From: Peptococcaceae bacterium UBA5752
Lineage (GTDB): Bacteria > Bacillota > Dehalobacteriia > UBA4068
Length of the DNA: 64,000 bases
Reading direction: 5' to 3'
NCBI GenBank assembly: GCA_002419055.1
Contig: DIFI01000021.1
Coordinates: forward strand, 24,102-88,101
A program made the position numbers and the translations under genes. Every line of letters begins with the position of its first letter. The stretch's first letter is position 1. The notes under the pieces are model-generated. The model saw nothing but the letters and a program-made list of their open reading frames with translations. It searched no databases and had not been told where the DNA came from. This document shows positions 39,029 to 49,466 of this stretch, in pieces.

Positions 39029-40350
39029 TGGGAAACTATATCGCCACTACCGCTTCCGAACAAGAGGATATGCTTGCCAAAATAGGCGTATCTTCTATTG
39101 ACGAGCTCTATGGCATGGTACCGCAGCAATTACTGGTAGACAAATTAGCTTTGCCGGAGGGCTTAAGTGAAATAGAAGTACGGGCAGCTATGGAGGATCT
39201 GGCAGCAAAAAATACGGTATTTAATATTATTTTTCGCGGCGCGGGCGCATACGATCATTATATTCCGGCGATAGTCAAGCAGATTGCCGCCAAAGAAGAA
39301 TTTGTCACTGCCTATACGCCATATCAGGCCGAGATCAGCCAAGGTATCTTACAGGCGATATTTGAATATCAAACAATGATTTGCGAATTAACCGGCATGG
39401 ATGTTGCCAATGCCTCCGCTTATGACGGCGCTTCGGCGGCGGCGGAAGCAGCTACGATGTGCCGTGATAAAAAACACAACCGCGTTTGTATTGCGGCTAC
39501 TTGTCATCCCGATACGATAGAAACAGTCAAAACATATTGTTTTGCCGCTGATTGCGAGTTTTTGATTATTGACGCAGTTGACGGTCTGACCGATGCAGCG
39601 GCATTAGAGACGATTGCTGAAGATACAGCTTGTTTGATCGTCCAGCAGCCTAATTTTTACGGATTAATAGAAGATGCGGCGGCATTGGCCGATAAAATTC
39701 ATCAAAAAGGCGGCAAATTAGTATTAAGCTGCAATCCAATTGCTCTGGGTTTATTATCTTCACCGGCGGAAGTCGGTGCCGATATTGCAGTTGGCGAAGG
39801 CCAGCCGCTGGGTTTACCTTTGTCATTCGGCGGGCCGTATTTGGGATATATGGCTTGTAAAAACTCTCTAATGCGCTCTTTGCCGGGACGGATAGTCGGT
39901 GAAACAACCGACGCTGATGAGCAGCGTGCATTTGTATTGACGCTGCAAGCACGCGAACAGCATATTAAAAGAGAAAAAGCCTTGAGTAGTATTTGTTCCA
40001 ATCAGGCTTTGTGTGCCTTGACTGCTGCCGTCTACTTGGCGGTGGTGGGCAGTAGCGGTTTGCGCGAGGTAGCAGAGCAGTCGGCAGCCAAGGCGCATTA
40101 TCTGGCCGCACGGCTGTGTGCTATTGATGGTTTTGAACTAGTATATAAAGGCGAATTCTTTAATGAATTTGTGGCGACTACACCGATTAGCGCCGAAAAA
40201 TTGTTATTGGAATTAGAAAAAGCAGGCATACTGGGCGGCTATCCGCTCAGCAATAATACAATTCTGTGGTGCGCTACCGAAAAGAACAGCAAGGCCGATA
40301 TCGACCATTTGATTGCTTTGACCGAAAGGGCGGTGAGCCAATGCGATTAA
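39028..40350 (+). CDS. gcvPA: Glycine dehydrogenase (decarboxylating) subunit 1
   Basis: TAATG overlap with gcvH. MGNYIATT start. Confidence 0.9.
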   Translation: MGNYIATTASEQEDMLAKIGVSSIDELYGMVPQQLLVDKLALPEGLSEIEVRAAMEDLAAKNTVFNIIFRGAGAYDHYIPAIVKQIAAKEEFVTAYTPYQAEISQGILQAIFEYQTMICELTGMDVANASAYDGASAAAEAATMCRDKKHNRVCIAATCHPDTIETVKTYCFAADCEFLIIDAVDGLTDAAALETIAEDTACLIVQQPNFYGLIEDAAALADKIHQKGGKLVLSCNPIALGLLSSPAEVGADIAVGEGQPLGLPLSFGGPYLGYMACKNSLMRSLPGRIVGETTDADEQRAFVLTLQAREQHIKREKALSSICSNQALCALTAAVYLAVVGSSGLREVAEQSAAKAHYLAARLCAIDGFELVYKGEFFNEFVATTPISAEKLLLELEKAGILGGYPLSNNTILWCATEKNSKADIDHLIALTERAVSQCD

Positions 40351-41771
40351 TATTCGAAAAAAGCCGTCAGGGCATTAGCCAAAGTATACTGCCGTCCTTA
40401 GACGTACCCAAATATAAATTTGCGCCGCAGCTGCAGCGCAAGACCGCGCCGCGCTTACCGCAAGTGACCGAAAACGACTTATCACGCCATTATTCGCAAT
40501 TGGCGCGGCGTTCCTATGGCGTCAACACCGGCTTTTATCCGCTTGGCTCTTGCACTATGAAATACAATCCGAAAATCGATGAAGAAATAGCCGCATTATC
40601 CGGTTTTGCAGCTATCCATCCGCTGCAACCGCCAAGAACTGTGCAAGGCTGTATGCAGGCATTAGAACAAACAAGCAGATTGCTTTGCGAAATCTGCGGC
40701 ATGGATGAAATGACCTTCCAGCCATCGGCCGGCGCTCATGGCGAATTTACCGGCATGATGCTAATCAAAGCCTATCACCGTTCCCGTGGAGATTTTGATC
40801 GCACCAAAATCATTGTGCCCGATTCAGCTCACGGTACAAATCCCGCATCTGCCGCCATGAACGGGTTTTCTATAGTCAATGTTCCGTCATCAGCCGACGG
40901 TTGTGTAGATATTGAGGCTTTAAAGTCTGTGCTCGGCGACGATGTGGCCGGATTGATGCTGACCAATCCCAATACGATGGGGTTGTTCGATAAAAATATT
41001 CTCCAGATTACTCAATTGGTGCATGATGCAGGCGGACTAAACTATTATGACGGTGCTAATCTCAACGCTATTATGGGTGTAGTTCGTCCCGGCGATATGG
41101 GTTTTGATGTGATCCATCTTAATCTGCATAAGACCTTTGCTACTCCTCACGGCGGCGGCGGCCCGGGCAGCGGACCTGTCGGTTGCAAAAAAATATTGGC
41201 GGACTTTTTGCCGTCGCCTGTTTTATACCATACTTGCTGTGCGCTTGATTTCGCGGCACCGCCGCAAAGCATTGGCAAAGTACGCGCCTTTTGGGGCAAC
41301 TTTTCGGTCATCATCAAGGCCTTAACTTATTTACTGACATTAGGCGGCGAAGGTATCAAGCAGGCAGCGCAAATTGCAGTGCTCAATGCTAATTATCTCA
41401 AGAGTCTGTTGGCCGATGATTATGATTTAGCCGTCCCCGGCATTTGTATGCATGAATTTGTGCTTAGTTTGGAGAGATTAAAGAAGGAAACAGGCATCTC
41501 GGCACTTGATATAGCAAAAGGCCTGCTTGATTGCGGTGTTCATCCACCTACCATCTATTTCCCGTTGATAGTTCATGAAGCTTTGATGATTGAGCCGACA
41601 GAAACGGAATCTAAGGAAACGTTAGATGAAGCCGCCGCGTGCTTTTTGAAGTTATATAGGTTAGCTTATGATGATGCTCAAATTCTGCATAATTCTCCTT
41701 TAACAACACCGATTCATCGTCCTGACGACGTTTCGGCGGCGCGTAATCCCCGGCTTAAATATCAGTTCTAA
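40341..41771 (+). CDS. gcvPB: Glycine dehydrogenase (decarboxylating) subunit 2
   Basis: ATG 40341 (MRLIFEKS) overlaps the gcvPA end. PLP-lysine region HLNLHKTF. Confidence 0.9.
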   Translation: MRLIFEKSRQGISQSILPSLDVPKYKFAPQLQRKTAPRLPQVTENDLSRHYSQLARRSYGVNTGFYPLGSCTMKYNPKIDEEIAALSGFAAIHPLQPPRTVQGCMQALEQTSRLLCEICGMDEMTFQPSAGAHGEFTGMMLIKAYHRSRGDFDRTKIIVPDSAHGTNPASAAMNGFSIVNVPSSADGCVDIEALKSVLGDDVAGLMLTNPNTMGLFDKNILQITQLVHDAGGLNYYDGANLNAIMGVVRPGDMGFDVIHLNLHKTFATPHGGGGPGSGPVGCKKILADFLPSPVLYHTCCALDFAAPPQSIGKVRAFWGNFSVIIKALTYLLTLGGEGIKQAAQIAVLNANYLKSLLADDYDLAVPGICMHEFVLSLERLKKETGISALDIAKGLLDCGVHPPTIYFPLIVHEALMIEPTETESKETLDEAAACFLKLYRLAYDDAQILHNSPLTTPIHRPDDVSAARNPRLKYQF

Positions 41772-41783
41772 TGGAGGATCAAT

Positions 41784-42854
41784 ATGATACCATTTTTTAT
41801 CGTTAGCGATAGCAGAAATGTTTATGATAATCAGGCTTTGGAAGAGTATTTATTTGATAACGTTGAAGATGATCAAGTTATACTCTATATGTGGCAAAAT
41901 GATAATACAGTGGTAATCGGCAAAAATCAAAATGCCTATAAAGAGTGTAATCTTGCGGCCATGGAAGAGCGTCAAATTAACTTAGCCAGGCGTATTTCCG
42001 GCGGCGGCGCGGTATTTCATGATAAAGGCAATCTCAACTTTACTTTTATTGCTCATAAGCGCAATTATGATACAAAAAGACAATTTGAAATTATTATTGC
42101 AGCGTTGTCACGTTTTGGTATTAATGCAGAGATGAGAGGACGTAACGATTTGTTGGTCGATGGTCGCAAAATTTCCGGCAGCGCCTTTTGCCGTCGCGGT
42201 GATCGCTGCCTTCATCACGGTACCATATTAATGTCCAGTGATTTGGATATCTTAACCGAAGTCCTCAATGTGGATAAACAAAAACTAATATTAAAAGGCG
42301 TCGATTCGGTGCGCTCACGGGTGGCAAACCTTAATGAATTTGATCCCTATATTACAGCCGTAAGAATAATTACCGATTTAATTGTGTTATTCGGCGCAAC
42401 TATCAAAGGTAGGGTAAGTGAGCTTGCAATGCCTTCCGACAATCAACTTAAACCTTATCGTGACAGATTCTCATCGGAAGAATGGATCATGGGTCGGAAT
42501 TTTGATAGCGACTTGGCCGCTTACAAACGTTTTCATTGGGGAGAGATCGATTGTCGGGTAAAATTAAACGAAGGTATTATCGCCGACGCGATTATATATT
42601 CCGATGCCCTGAACGAGCAGTTGATTGCCGCAGTAACGAAGTCGCTGATCGGCCGCAATTTTGAAACCTCCGAACCCTTGCTGCCGTTGCAAACAGATAC
42701 AGACAATTCCTTGCTCCATGATATCGGCGGGTTTTTATTGGCAGAGAATTTTACTGTTATTGAAAAGTCTGTTGAAAGCCTACCAGATGAAACAGAAGAA
42801 GCAGAAGAAATAGAGCAAATAGAGGAAATATCAGACCAAGGTGTCGGTGAGTAG
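41784..42854 (+). CDS. Lipoate-protein ligase A-type protein with acidic C-terminal tail
   Basis: GGAGG RBS. Contains RRISGGGAVFHDKGN. Confidence 0.8.
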   Translation: MIPFFIVSDSRNVYDNQALEEYLFDNVEDDQVILYMWQNDNTVVIGKNQNAYKECNLAAMEERQINLARRISGGGAVFHDKGNLNFTFIAHKRNYDTKRQFEIIIAALSRFGINAEMRGRNDLLVDGRKISGSAFCRRGDRCLHHGTILMSSDLDILTEVLNVDKQKLILKGVDSVRSRVANLNEFDPYITAVRIITDLIVLFGATIKGRVSELAMPSDNQLKPYRDRFSSEEWIMGRNFDSDLAAYKRFHWGEIDCRVKLNEGIIADAIIYSDALNEQLIAAVTKSLIGRNFETSEPLLPLQTDTDNSLLHDIGGFLLAENFTVIEKSVESLPDETEEAEEIEQIEEISDQGVGE

Positions 42855-42979
42855 AAAAGTATATTATCAATAAAGCAATTAACGAGGCTGCGGGGGCTGC
42901 TTTGAGGTGTAGTATCCATTCGTTGCCGCGAAAATTATACAATACTAGTTTATAAGATGCTTAAATAAGGAGTGATACT

Positions 42980-44737
42980 ATGCTGGATCCCCGGGAATTT
43001 GAGGATTGGCAGATTGCCGAAGAGGCAGAAAAGCATATGCCTACCCCCATGGAGTTTCAAAAGAGGCTATCTCTTGAAGATGGGGAATTAATTGCCTACG
43101 GAAAAGTAGCCAAACTCGACTTTATGTCGATAATGAACAGACTTAAAAATAAGAAAAATGGTAAATACATTGAAGTAACCGCAATCACACCCACTCCTTT
43201 GGGTGAAGGTAAGTCAACTACTTCCTTGGGTTTGATTGAAGGTATGGGAAAATTAGGTCTTAATGTAGGCGGCTGTCTGCGCCAACCGTCGGGCGGCCCG
43301 ACGATGAATATTAAAGGCACGGCTGCCGGCGGCGGCAATTCGCTGCTAATTCCCATGACAGAGTTTTCTTTAGGTCTGACCGGCGATATTAATGATATTT
43401 CCAACGCCCATAATCTGGCAATGCTGGCGCTCAATGCGCGGATGCAGCATGAGTACAATTATAGCGACGAGGTTTTATTCTCCAAAGGGTTGCGTCGTCT
43501 CGATATCGACTCTCGCAGGGTAGAATTCGGTTGGGTGATCGATTTTTCCGCTCAATGTTTGCGTAATATAATCATCGGCTTGGGCGGTAAAATGGATGGT
43601 TTCACAATGAGTTCTCAGTTTAATATTACCGTTAGCAGCGAATTGATGGCGATACTGTCCGTTGCCAGGGATTTAGCGGATTTACGCCAGCGTATCAGCG
43701 AGATTATACTTGCTTATGATAAGTATGGTAATCCGGTTACAACTGCCGATCTGGAAGTAGATGGAGCCATGGCGGCCTGGATGCGTAATACGATAAATCC
43801 AACGCTCTGCTCGACTATCGAATACCAGCCTTGTTTTATCCATGCCGGTCCTTTTGCCAATATTGCGATTGGCCAATCATCTATTATCGGCGACCGCCTC
43901 GGATTGAAGATGTTTGACTATCATGTTACAGAAAGCGGCTTTGCCGCGGATATCGGTTTTGAAAAATTTGCCGATGTCAAATGTCCGTTAAGCGGCCTGA
44001 AGCCGGATGTCAGCGTATTGGTAGCAACAATTCGTTCGTTAAAGATGCATGGCGGAGGACCGCAGGTTACACCGGGTCGCCCCATCTCCGATGAATATTA
44101 TAAAAATAATCCCAAGCTGGTTGAGGCAGGTATCGAAAATCTCCTTCATCATATCAATACTGTCAAAAAAACCGGCTTAACGCCGGTGATCTGTCTTAAT
44201 AGTTTTGATAGCGATACCAAAGAAGAGATCAGGATTGTCCGCGATGCGGTAGAAGCGGCAGGCGCCAAATTTGCATTATCCGAACATTGGCGTTACGGCG
44301 GTGAAGGTGCTATTGAACTGGCGGAGGTTGTTAAGGAAACCTGTGAGGAGCCTCACGATTTTCACCCGATTTATGATTTGTCGCTGCCTCTCAAGGATAA
44401 GGTTGAGATAATCGCCAGAGAAGTATACGGCGCTGACGGTGTTGACTGGCTGCCGTCATCTTTGCCGAAACTCAAAGAGTACAGCGAAAACCCGGCCTAT
44501 CAAGATTTTTCTGTGATCGTAGTTAAGTCTCACTTGAGTTTGAGTCATAATCCGAATCTTAAAGGCGTGCCAAAGAACTGGCGTTTACCTATTCGCGATA
44601 TTCTGGTTTACGGTGGTGCCCGCTTCCTCTGTCCTTGCGCCGGTGATATTACACTGATGCCCGGCACCGCTTCCGACCCGGCATATCGCCGCGTTGATAT
44701 TGATGTAAATACCGGCAAGGTCAAAGGCTTATTCTAA
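42980..44737 (+). CDS. fhs: Formate-tetrahydrofolate ligase
   Basis: AAGGAG RBS. Contains [14 protein letters not shown]. Confidence 0.9.
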   Translation: MLDPREFEDWQIAEEAEKHMPTPMEFQKRLSLEDGELIAYGKVAKLDFMSIMNRLKNKKNGKYIEVTAITPTPLGEGKSTTSLGLIEGMGKLGLNVGGCLRQPSGGPTMNIKGTAAGGGNSLLIPMTEFSLGLTGDINDISNAHNLAMLALNARMQHEYNYSDEVLFSKGLRRLDIDSRRVEFGWVIDFSAQCLRNIIIGLGGKMDGFTMSSQFNITVSSELMAILSVARDLADLRQRISEIILAYDKYGNPVTTADLEVDGAMAAWMRNTINPTLCSTIEYQPCFIHAGPFANIAIGQSSIIGDRLGLKMFDYHVTESGFAADIGFEKFADVKCPLSGLKPDVSVLVATIRSLKMHGGGPQVTPGRPISDEYYKNNPKLVEAGIENLLHHINTVKKTGLTPVICLNSFDSDTKEEIRIVRDAVEAAGAKFALSEHWRYGGEGAIELAEVVKETCEEPHDFHPIYDLSLPLKDKVEIIAREVYGADGVDWLPSSLPKLKEYSENPAYQDFSVIVVKSHLSLSHNPNLKGVPKNWRLPIRDILVYGGARFLCPCAGDITLMPGTASDPAYRRVDIDVNTGKVKGLF

Positions 44738-44770
44738 TAAAAAAAAATATATCAGATATAAAAAACCAAA

Positions 44771-44793
44771 CCCCTCCGTAATGGAGGGGTTTT
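44771..44793 (+). terminator. Rho-independent terminator (CCCCTCC...GGAGGGG TTTT)
   Basis: 7-bp G/C stem plus a T-run after fhs. Confidence 0.65.
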
Positions 44794-44972
44794 GCACGTC
44801 TTAATATTTACAGCATATACTGAACAAGGGTGATGTATATGTTACGGTTGATTGGCTGCTGGCTGCTTTTACCTTTTTGGGTAATCCAATGCTATATCAA
44901 TAATATTACAGGCAAAGAAGATGATTACTGGCAGGAAAATCCCTGATTTGATTGGGGAGAAAGGACTTTACA

Positions 44973-45377
44973 ATGCAAAAGGGCATAGCCGAGCAGGTAT
45001 TGGAAGCGATGAATATTGAAAAGCGGGCGGTGCGTTCGCTGGCCATAATCGCGGCGGAGGCGGTACGGATATCCGATCGTGAACTGCTGACTGCTGTGCG
45101 GCGTGAGGATCGGCGCCACTATTATTTGCTTGAAGGTATTTACGAAGAATTGACCGGTAAACCTCGTCCCACGTATAAGGCTGCTGTGAGTCTGCCGAAA
45201 AACTATCACGATATGTTGAAAACGGCGATCTGTGACAAATTGACGGCAGTTGAATATTTTGAAGAATTGGAACAACAAATCCGCTGTGCGAAGCAAAAAG
45301 AATTAATTAGATTGATTGTAAACGATCAAAAGGAACATGCCCGTATTTTGGCAGGACTATACGATCGGGTAGTCTAA
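44973..45377 (+). CDS. Hypothetical helical protein (ferritin-like?)
   Basis: ATG 44973 after GGGGAGAAAGG. Preferred over the antisense ORF 44925..45296. Confidence 0.45.
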   Translation: MQKGIAEQVLEAMNIEKRAVRSLAIIAAEAVRISDRELLTAVRREDRRHYYLLEGIYEELTGKPRPTYKAAVSLPKNYHDMLKTAICDKLTAVEYFEELEQQIRCAKQKELIRLIVNDQKEHARILAGLYDRVV

Positions 45378-45381
45378 GTAA

Positions 45382-45921
45382 TTAAAAATCTTTGGGGAAT
45401 TGCGCATGCAGAGCACGGTGGACAGCATGGCCGCATGGCGTAAATATTGCGACCTTGGCCAGATCAATCGGTATAAACGGTACTACAGAGGTAGCAAATG
45501 ATACGCTAAGCGGTACCGAGCTGATATAAGCAAACCAGACGCCGCCACAAACCCAACAGATGACAGCGGCAGTAATTGTGGCGATATAGCAGTATTTAAG
45601 ACTTTGCCATTTTTTATTGCGCAGCAAGGCGGCGCCGATGGCGGCTGCCAAGATGAAGCCGATCATGAAGCCGCCGGTAGGTCCAAGCAGTACGGCCGGC
45701 CCGGCTTTGCCTGCGGCAAAGACGGGCAGTCCGATTGTACCCAAAAGTATATATACTGCAAAGCTCAGGGCGGCCCGGCGGCTGTCAAAGATGCAAACCG
45801 CAAAGAATAGCGCTGCTGTTTGCAGTGTTATAGGTATCGGTCCGATCGGGAAGGCTATCTGAGCCATTATCGCAATCAGTGCGGCCATCATCGCTACAGT
45901 GGTTAAGGTGCGGATTTTCAT
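45382..45921 (-). CDS. bioY: Biotin transporter BioY (ECF S component)
   Basis: BioY-like TM pattern. Overlaps the birA stop. Confidence 0.85.
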   Translation of the reverse strand: MKIRTLTTVAMMAALIAIMAQIAFPIGPIPITLQTAALFFAVCIFDSRRAALSFAVYILLGTIGLPVFAAGKAGPAVLLGPTGGFMIGFILAAAIGAALLRNKKWQSLKYCYIATITAAVICWVCGGVWFAYISSVPLSVSFATSVVPFIPIDLAKVAIFTPCGHAVHRALHAQFPKDF

Positions 45922-46886
45922 ATGCTGTCTCCTTCTATTAACATGTCTCCGGCCGCGATTGTCTGTATTTGTCCGTCAACCTCCAGCAACAGACAACCGT
46001 AGTTGTCAATACCGCGTGCAATGCCACTGATGCTGCGGCTACTGTCTTTGATTACGACTTGCTTATCAATATTAACCGCGAATTTTAACCATTGGTCGCG
46101 GATCGGCGCAAAACCTTGTTCAAGGTATAATTGATAATTTTTATTAAAACTTGTTAAACAGGCGGCGGCAACCTGCGGTGTGGAATACTTATTGCCTGTT
46201 TCCAGTAATAGGGACGAGGCGACCTCATCAAGAGGCGACGGGAAAAAGTTGTTTTTGATATTGATACCGAAGCCGATGATCAGCCATTTGATGTTGTCCA
46301 TATCGGCGCGCAGCTCGCATTTAATACCGCAAAGCTTACGATGTTGCGGGGTCAGTACGTCGTTTGGCCATTTGATGCGGCTGTCGCAGCCTAATTGGGA
46401 CAAGGCTTGTTGTACGGCAACGGCGGTCAGCAGCGTCATATGCGGGGCCTGCTGTGGCGCAAACGGTGGTTTAAGCAGCAGCGATAGATAAAGGCTGCAG
46501 CCCGGCGGCGAATACCAGCCGCGATCTAAACGTCCTTGACCGGCTGTTTGAGTTTCGGCGATTATGACGCTATAAGGCGGCGCGCTGTTCTCTGCGGCCA
46601 GACGCAGCTGTTTGTTGGTTGAATCAACCTCGTTAAGATAAGTGATCAGCCAAGGTGCATCCGGCGGTAAATAGGTAGTTGTTTCCGCAGCGTTGGCGAT
46701 ATCCGGCGCTGCTATCAATTTGTAACCGCGTTTGGGTGAAGCCTCAATGATATATCCCGCCTCGCGCAGTGCCTTAATGTGCTTGGCGATAGCGGTGCGG
46801 CTGATATTGAATTGACGGCTTAAATCTTCACCGGATACTAACTGTCCTTGATTTTGACGTAAAATGGTCAGTATTTGTTTACGCAT
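45918..46886 (-). CDS. birA: Bifunctional biotin-protein ligase / biotin operon repressor BirA
   Basis: N-terminal HTH, GRGRxGR-like loop (GQGRLDRGW), AAGGAGG RBS. Confidence 0.9.
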   Translation of the reverse strand: MRKQILTILRQNQGQLVSGEDLSRQFNISRTAIAKHIKALREAGYIIEASPKRGYKLIAAPDIANAAETTTYLPPDAPWLITYLNEVDSTNKQLRLAAENSAPPYSVIIAETQTAGQGRLDRGWYSPPGCSLYLSLLLKPPFAPQQAPHMTLLTAVAVQQALSQLGCDSRIKWPNDVLTPQHRKLCGIKCELRADMDNIKWLIIGFGINIKNNFFPSPLDEVASSLLLETGNKYSTPQVAAACLTSFNKNYQLYLEQGFAPIRDQWLKFAVNIDKQVVIKDSSRSISGIARGIDNYGCLLLEVDGQIQTIAAGDMLIEGDSI

Positions 46887-46900
46887 GTACGCCTCCTTAT

Positions 46901-46930
46901 TGTAAACCCAATAAATAATTCTGGTTTACA
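46901..46930 (-). promoter_or_regulatory. Putative BirA operator (bioO): TGTAAACC-N14-GGTTTACA, overlapping a TATAAT box
   Basis: Perfect 8-bp inverted repeat 15 nt upstream of the birA start. Confidence 0.6.
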
Positions 46931-47140
46931 TTATAATTAAGCGGATAGAACAAGTCAATAGAGAATTCAACGGAATTAATTAAAACGAAACAATAAATAA
47001 TAAATATTGGCATTTATGCAAATAAAAGATATAATAATAAGCAAAGTAAATAAATATAAAAAGCTGAGTACTGCTCGGTTTTTATTGCATAACGGTTGAT
47101 TGTTTTGATGATTTGAAGTGGTTTAAAGGAGGGGTTGACA

Positions 47141-47917
47141 ATGTTATTTGCTATCGATTGCGGCAATACCCATATTGTGGCCGGTATTTATGATGAAAGC
47201 AAGCTTGTTCGCTATTGGCGCTTGGGCAGTGATATCAAAAAAACAGAAGACGAATATATGGCAACATTCTGTGAGCTGTTCCGCTCAGAACAAATTGAGG
47301 CTGAAAGTATTGATGCGATGATCATCGCATCTGTAGTACCTGATATAACTTTTGTGATGAATAAATTGGCGCGTAAATATTTACAGCTTAAGCCAACGAT
47401 AGTTGGTAGCCGCACCGATACCGGCATTACTATTGATTACGACTATCCGGAAGAAGTAGGCGCCGACCGGATAGTTAATGCAGTTGCCGCGCACCGGATT
47501 TATGGCGGCTGTTTAATTGTGGTTGATTTTGGCACAGCCACTACGTTTGACTGTGTTTCCGAAGACGGCTGTTATTTGGGCGGAGCGATCGCGCCCGGCA
47601 TTGAAATATCGAAGCGGGCCTTGTTTGAGCATGCCGCCAAGCTGGCAAATATCCCGTTGGAGCGGCCGGAGCATGTGATTGGCAAAAATACTACCGAGAG
47701 CCTCCAATCCGGTATTCTCTGGGGCTTTGCCTCGCAGGTAGACGGAATAGTGGCGCGTATGAGCGAGGAATTAGCGCAAAAGCCGCGGGTGATTGCCACC
47801 GGCGGGCTGGCGCGGATCATTTCCGCATATAGCGAAAGTATTGACAGCGTTAATCCATTGCTGACGCTTGAGGGGTTGCGGTTTATCTATGAGCGTGGAA
47901 TGGCAGCGGTTGAATAG
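47141..47917 (+). CDS. coaX: Type III pantothenate kinase
   Basis: MLFAIDCGNTH; GADR; AGGAGGGG RBS. Confidence 0.9.
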   Translation: MLFAIDCGNTHIVAGIYDESKLVRYWRLGSDIKKTEDEYMATFCELFRSEQIEAESIDAMIIASVVPDITFVMNKLARKYLQLKPTIVGSRTDTGITIDYDYPEEVGADRIVNAVAAHRIYGGCLIVVDFGTATTFDCVSEDGCYLGGAIAPGIEISKRALFEHAAKLANIPLERPEHVIGKNTTESLQSGILWGFASQVDGIVARMSEELAQKPRVIATGGLARIISAYSESIDSVNPLLTLEGLRFIYERGMAAVE

Positions 47918-47931
47918 ATTACCATTATAAG

Positions 47932-47960
47932 ATAAAAACAAAAGCAAAGCTATATTGGCC
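47932..47960 (+). terminator. Terminator-like hairpin after coaX
   Basis: AAGCAAAGC...GCCTTGCTT + T6 (one mismatch). Confidence 0.4.
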
Positions 47961-48339
47961 TTGCTTTTTTACTTAATATACTTATTTGTACAATTAAAGC
48001 AAATGAATTATCATTTTGCTTAATAGGGAAAAATTTTAGATTTAATTAACCGGGAATTTAAAGCATCTGCTTACCCTTTTACTTTCTTAAATGTTAGACC
48101 TTGGAGAAATTATTTGGATGAAATTAAAAATGTGATACAATTAGATGCAAATAGAATAAGAACTTATATATTTTTGATGTTGATGATGATACCATGTAAA
48201 CCTGCTTGTCTAAAAGTAGTGTGATGAATGGTTGATTTTTTTTATTTCATGCCGATATACAAATAGGATAGGATGAGCTTTTTTTCATGGTAAATCCGGT
48301 AAATAGCATGAGGTTTATTACTAGGGAGGGTTAATATAT

Positions 48340-49197
48340 ATGAAAAATGTTGCTATCGTAGGCGCGGGGCATGGTGGTACGTCTATTCTTAAATCATTGC
48401 AGGGAATAGCAGCCATAAATGTGATGGGTATATGTGATTTAGATGATAATGCCCCGGGAATTGTCATGGCTCGCAGACTTGGCGTAGATACCTACTCTGA
48501 TATAAAGAAGATTGTGACGCTTCCGTTGCTGGATCTATTGATAGAAGTCACCGGTGTGCCAAAAGTACAAGAGCTGATCAACCAACATAAAAGTGAACAT
48601 GTTGCTATAATCGATTCTCATGGTGCCAACCTGATGATGAATATTGTTGAGGCCCGTGAAGAAATGATTGCCGGACTACATCATGAAGCGGAAAAGCTGG
48701 CAAATCTGTCTACCGAATTATCCAGCACTATGGAAACGGCAACCCAGCTGGTAAAAGAGGTAAGTGGCTATGCCCATGATGTTAACGCCAAAAGTATAGA
48801 ACTAATAGATTCTGCCGGTGAGGCTAACATACAATTAAAAGAAACCGGGGAAGTCTTAGTTATTATCAATAAAATTGCCCAACAAACCAAATTTTTGGGT
48901 CTAAATGCCGCCATTGAAGCAGCTCACAGCGGGGTACACGGTAAAGGTTTTGCGGTTGTGGCCGATGAGGTCAGAAAACTGGCAGAAGATAGCACCGTCT
49001 CGGTATCGAAAATTTCTACGATCTTGTCCAATATTCAAAAATCAGTTGTAGTTATTAACAACGGCGTAAATGAGGCCGCCGTGGTGATACAAAAACAAGA
49101 CCAGCTAACAGATTCGGTCTCCAATAGTATTTATTCGCTGAAATCAATGTCGCAGGAATTGAATACGCTGGCCCAACACCTAGCTCAATTAGCTTAA
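48340..49197 (+). CDS. Soluble MCP-signalling-domain protein with N-terminal Rossmann-like domain
   Basis: AGGGAGGG RBS. N-terminus [15 protein letters not shown]-terminus [37 protein letters not shown] (MCP signature). No TM segments. Confidence 0.75.
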   Translation: MKNVAIVGAGHGGTSILKSLQGIAAINVMGICDLDDNAPGIVMARRLGVDTYSDIKKIVTLPLLDLLIEVTGVPKVQELINQHKSEHVAIIDSHGANLMMNIVEAREEMIAGLHHEAEKLANLSTELSSTMETATQLVKEVSGYAHDVNAKSIELIDSAGEANIQLKETGEVLVIINKIAQQTKFLGLNAAIEAAHSGVHGKGFAVVADEVRKLAEDSTVSVSKISTILSNIQKSVVVINNGVNEAAVVIQKQDQLTDSVSNSIYSLKSMSQELNTLAQHLAQLA

Positions 49198-49203
49198 ACC
49201 GAA

Positions 49204-49256
49204 GCTAAAAAGCAAGGAAAGCACGGAAGGCAAGGAAAGCAAGGAAAGCAAGGGAA
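49204..49256 (+). repeat. Short tandem repeat (GCAAGGAAA-like x4-5)
   Basis: aaaaagcaaggaaagcacggaaggcaaggaaagcaaggaaagcaaggg. Confidence 0.5.
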
Positions 49257-49260
49257 AAAT

Positions 49261-49370
49261 TGGCGCGGATCATTTCCGCTTATAGTGAGAGCATTGATAT
49301 CGTCAATCCTTTGCTGACGCTTGAGGGGTTGCGGTTTATCTATGAGCGGCCAAGGGCGACGGTTGAATAG
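49261..49370 (+). pseudogene. Duplicated 3'-terminal 110-nt fragment of coaX (about 85% identity to 47808..47917)
   Basis: TGGCGCGGATCATTTCCGC...CTGACGCTTGAGGGGTTGCGGTTTATCTATGAGCG...GGTTGAATAG is shared between the two sites. Confidence 0.7.
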
Positions 49371-49412
49371 GCAGCGGTTGAGATTGTTTCCCTTTAATAT
49401 GCAAGCAAAGAA

Positions 49413-49447
49413 AAAGCAAGGCTAATAAAATAGCCTTGCTTTTTGGC
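49413..49447 (+). terminator. Terminator hairpin, paralogous to the one after coaX
   Basis: AAGCAAGGCTA...TAGCCTTGCTT + T5. Confidence 0.5.
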
Positions 49448-49466
49448 TTAGAACAAAGATTGCTGA

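Noticed and set aside
44925-45296. 123-aa minus-strand ORF opposite the 44973..45377 gene
   Set aside because: The plus-strand ORF has a strong RBS and a sensible helical sequence. The minus ORF is Arg/Phe-rich nonsense-like and lacks an RBS.
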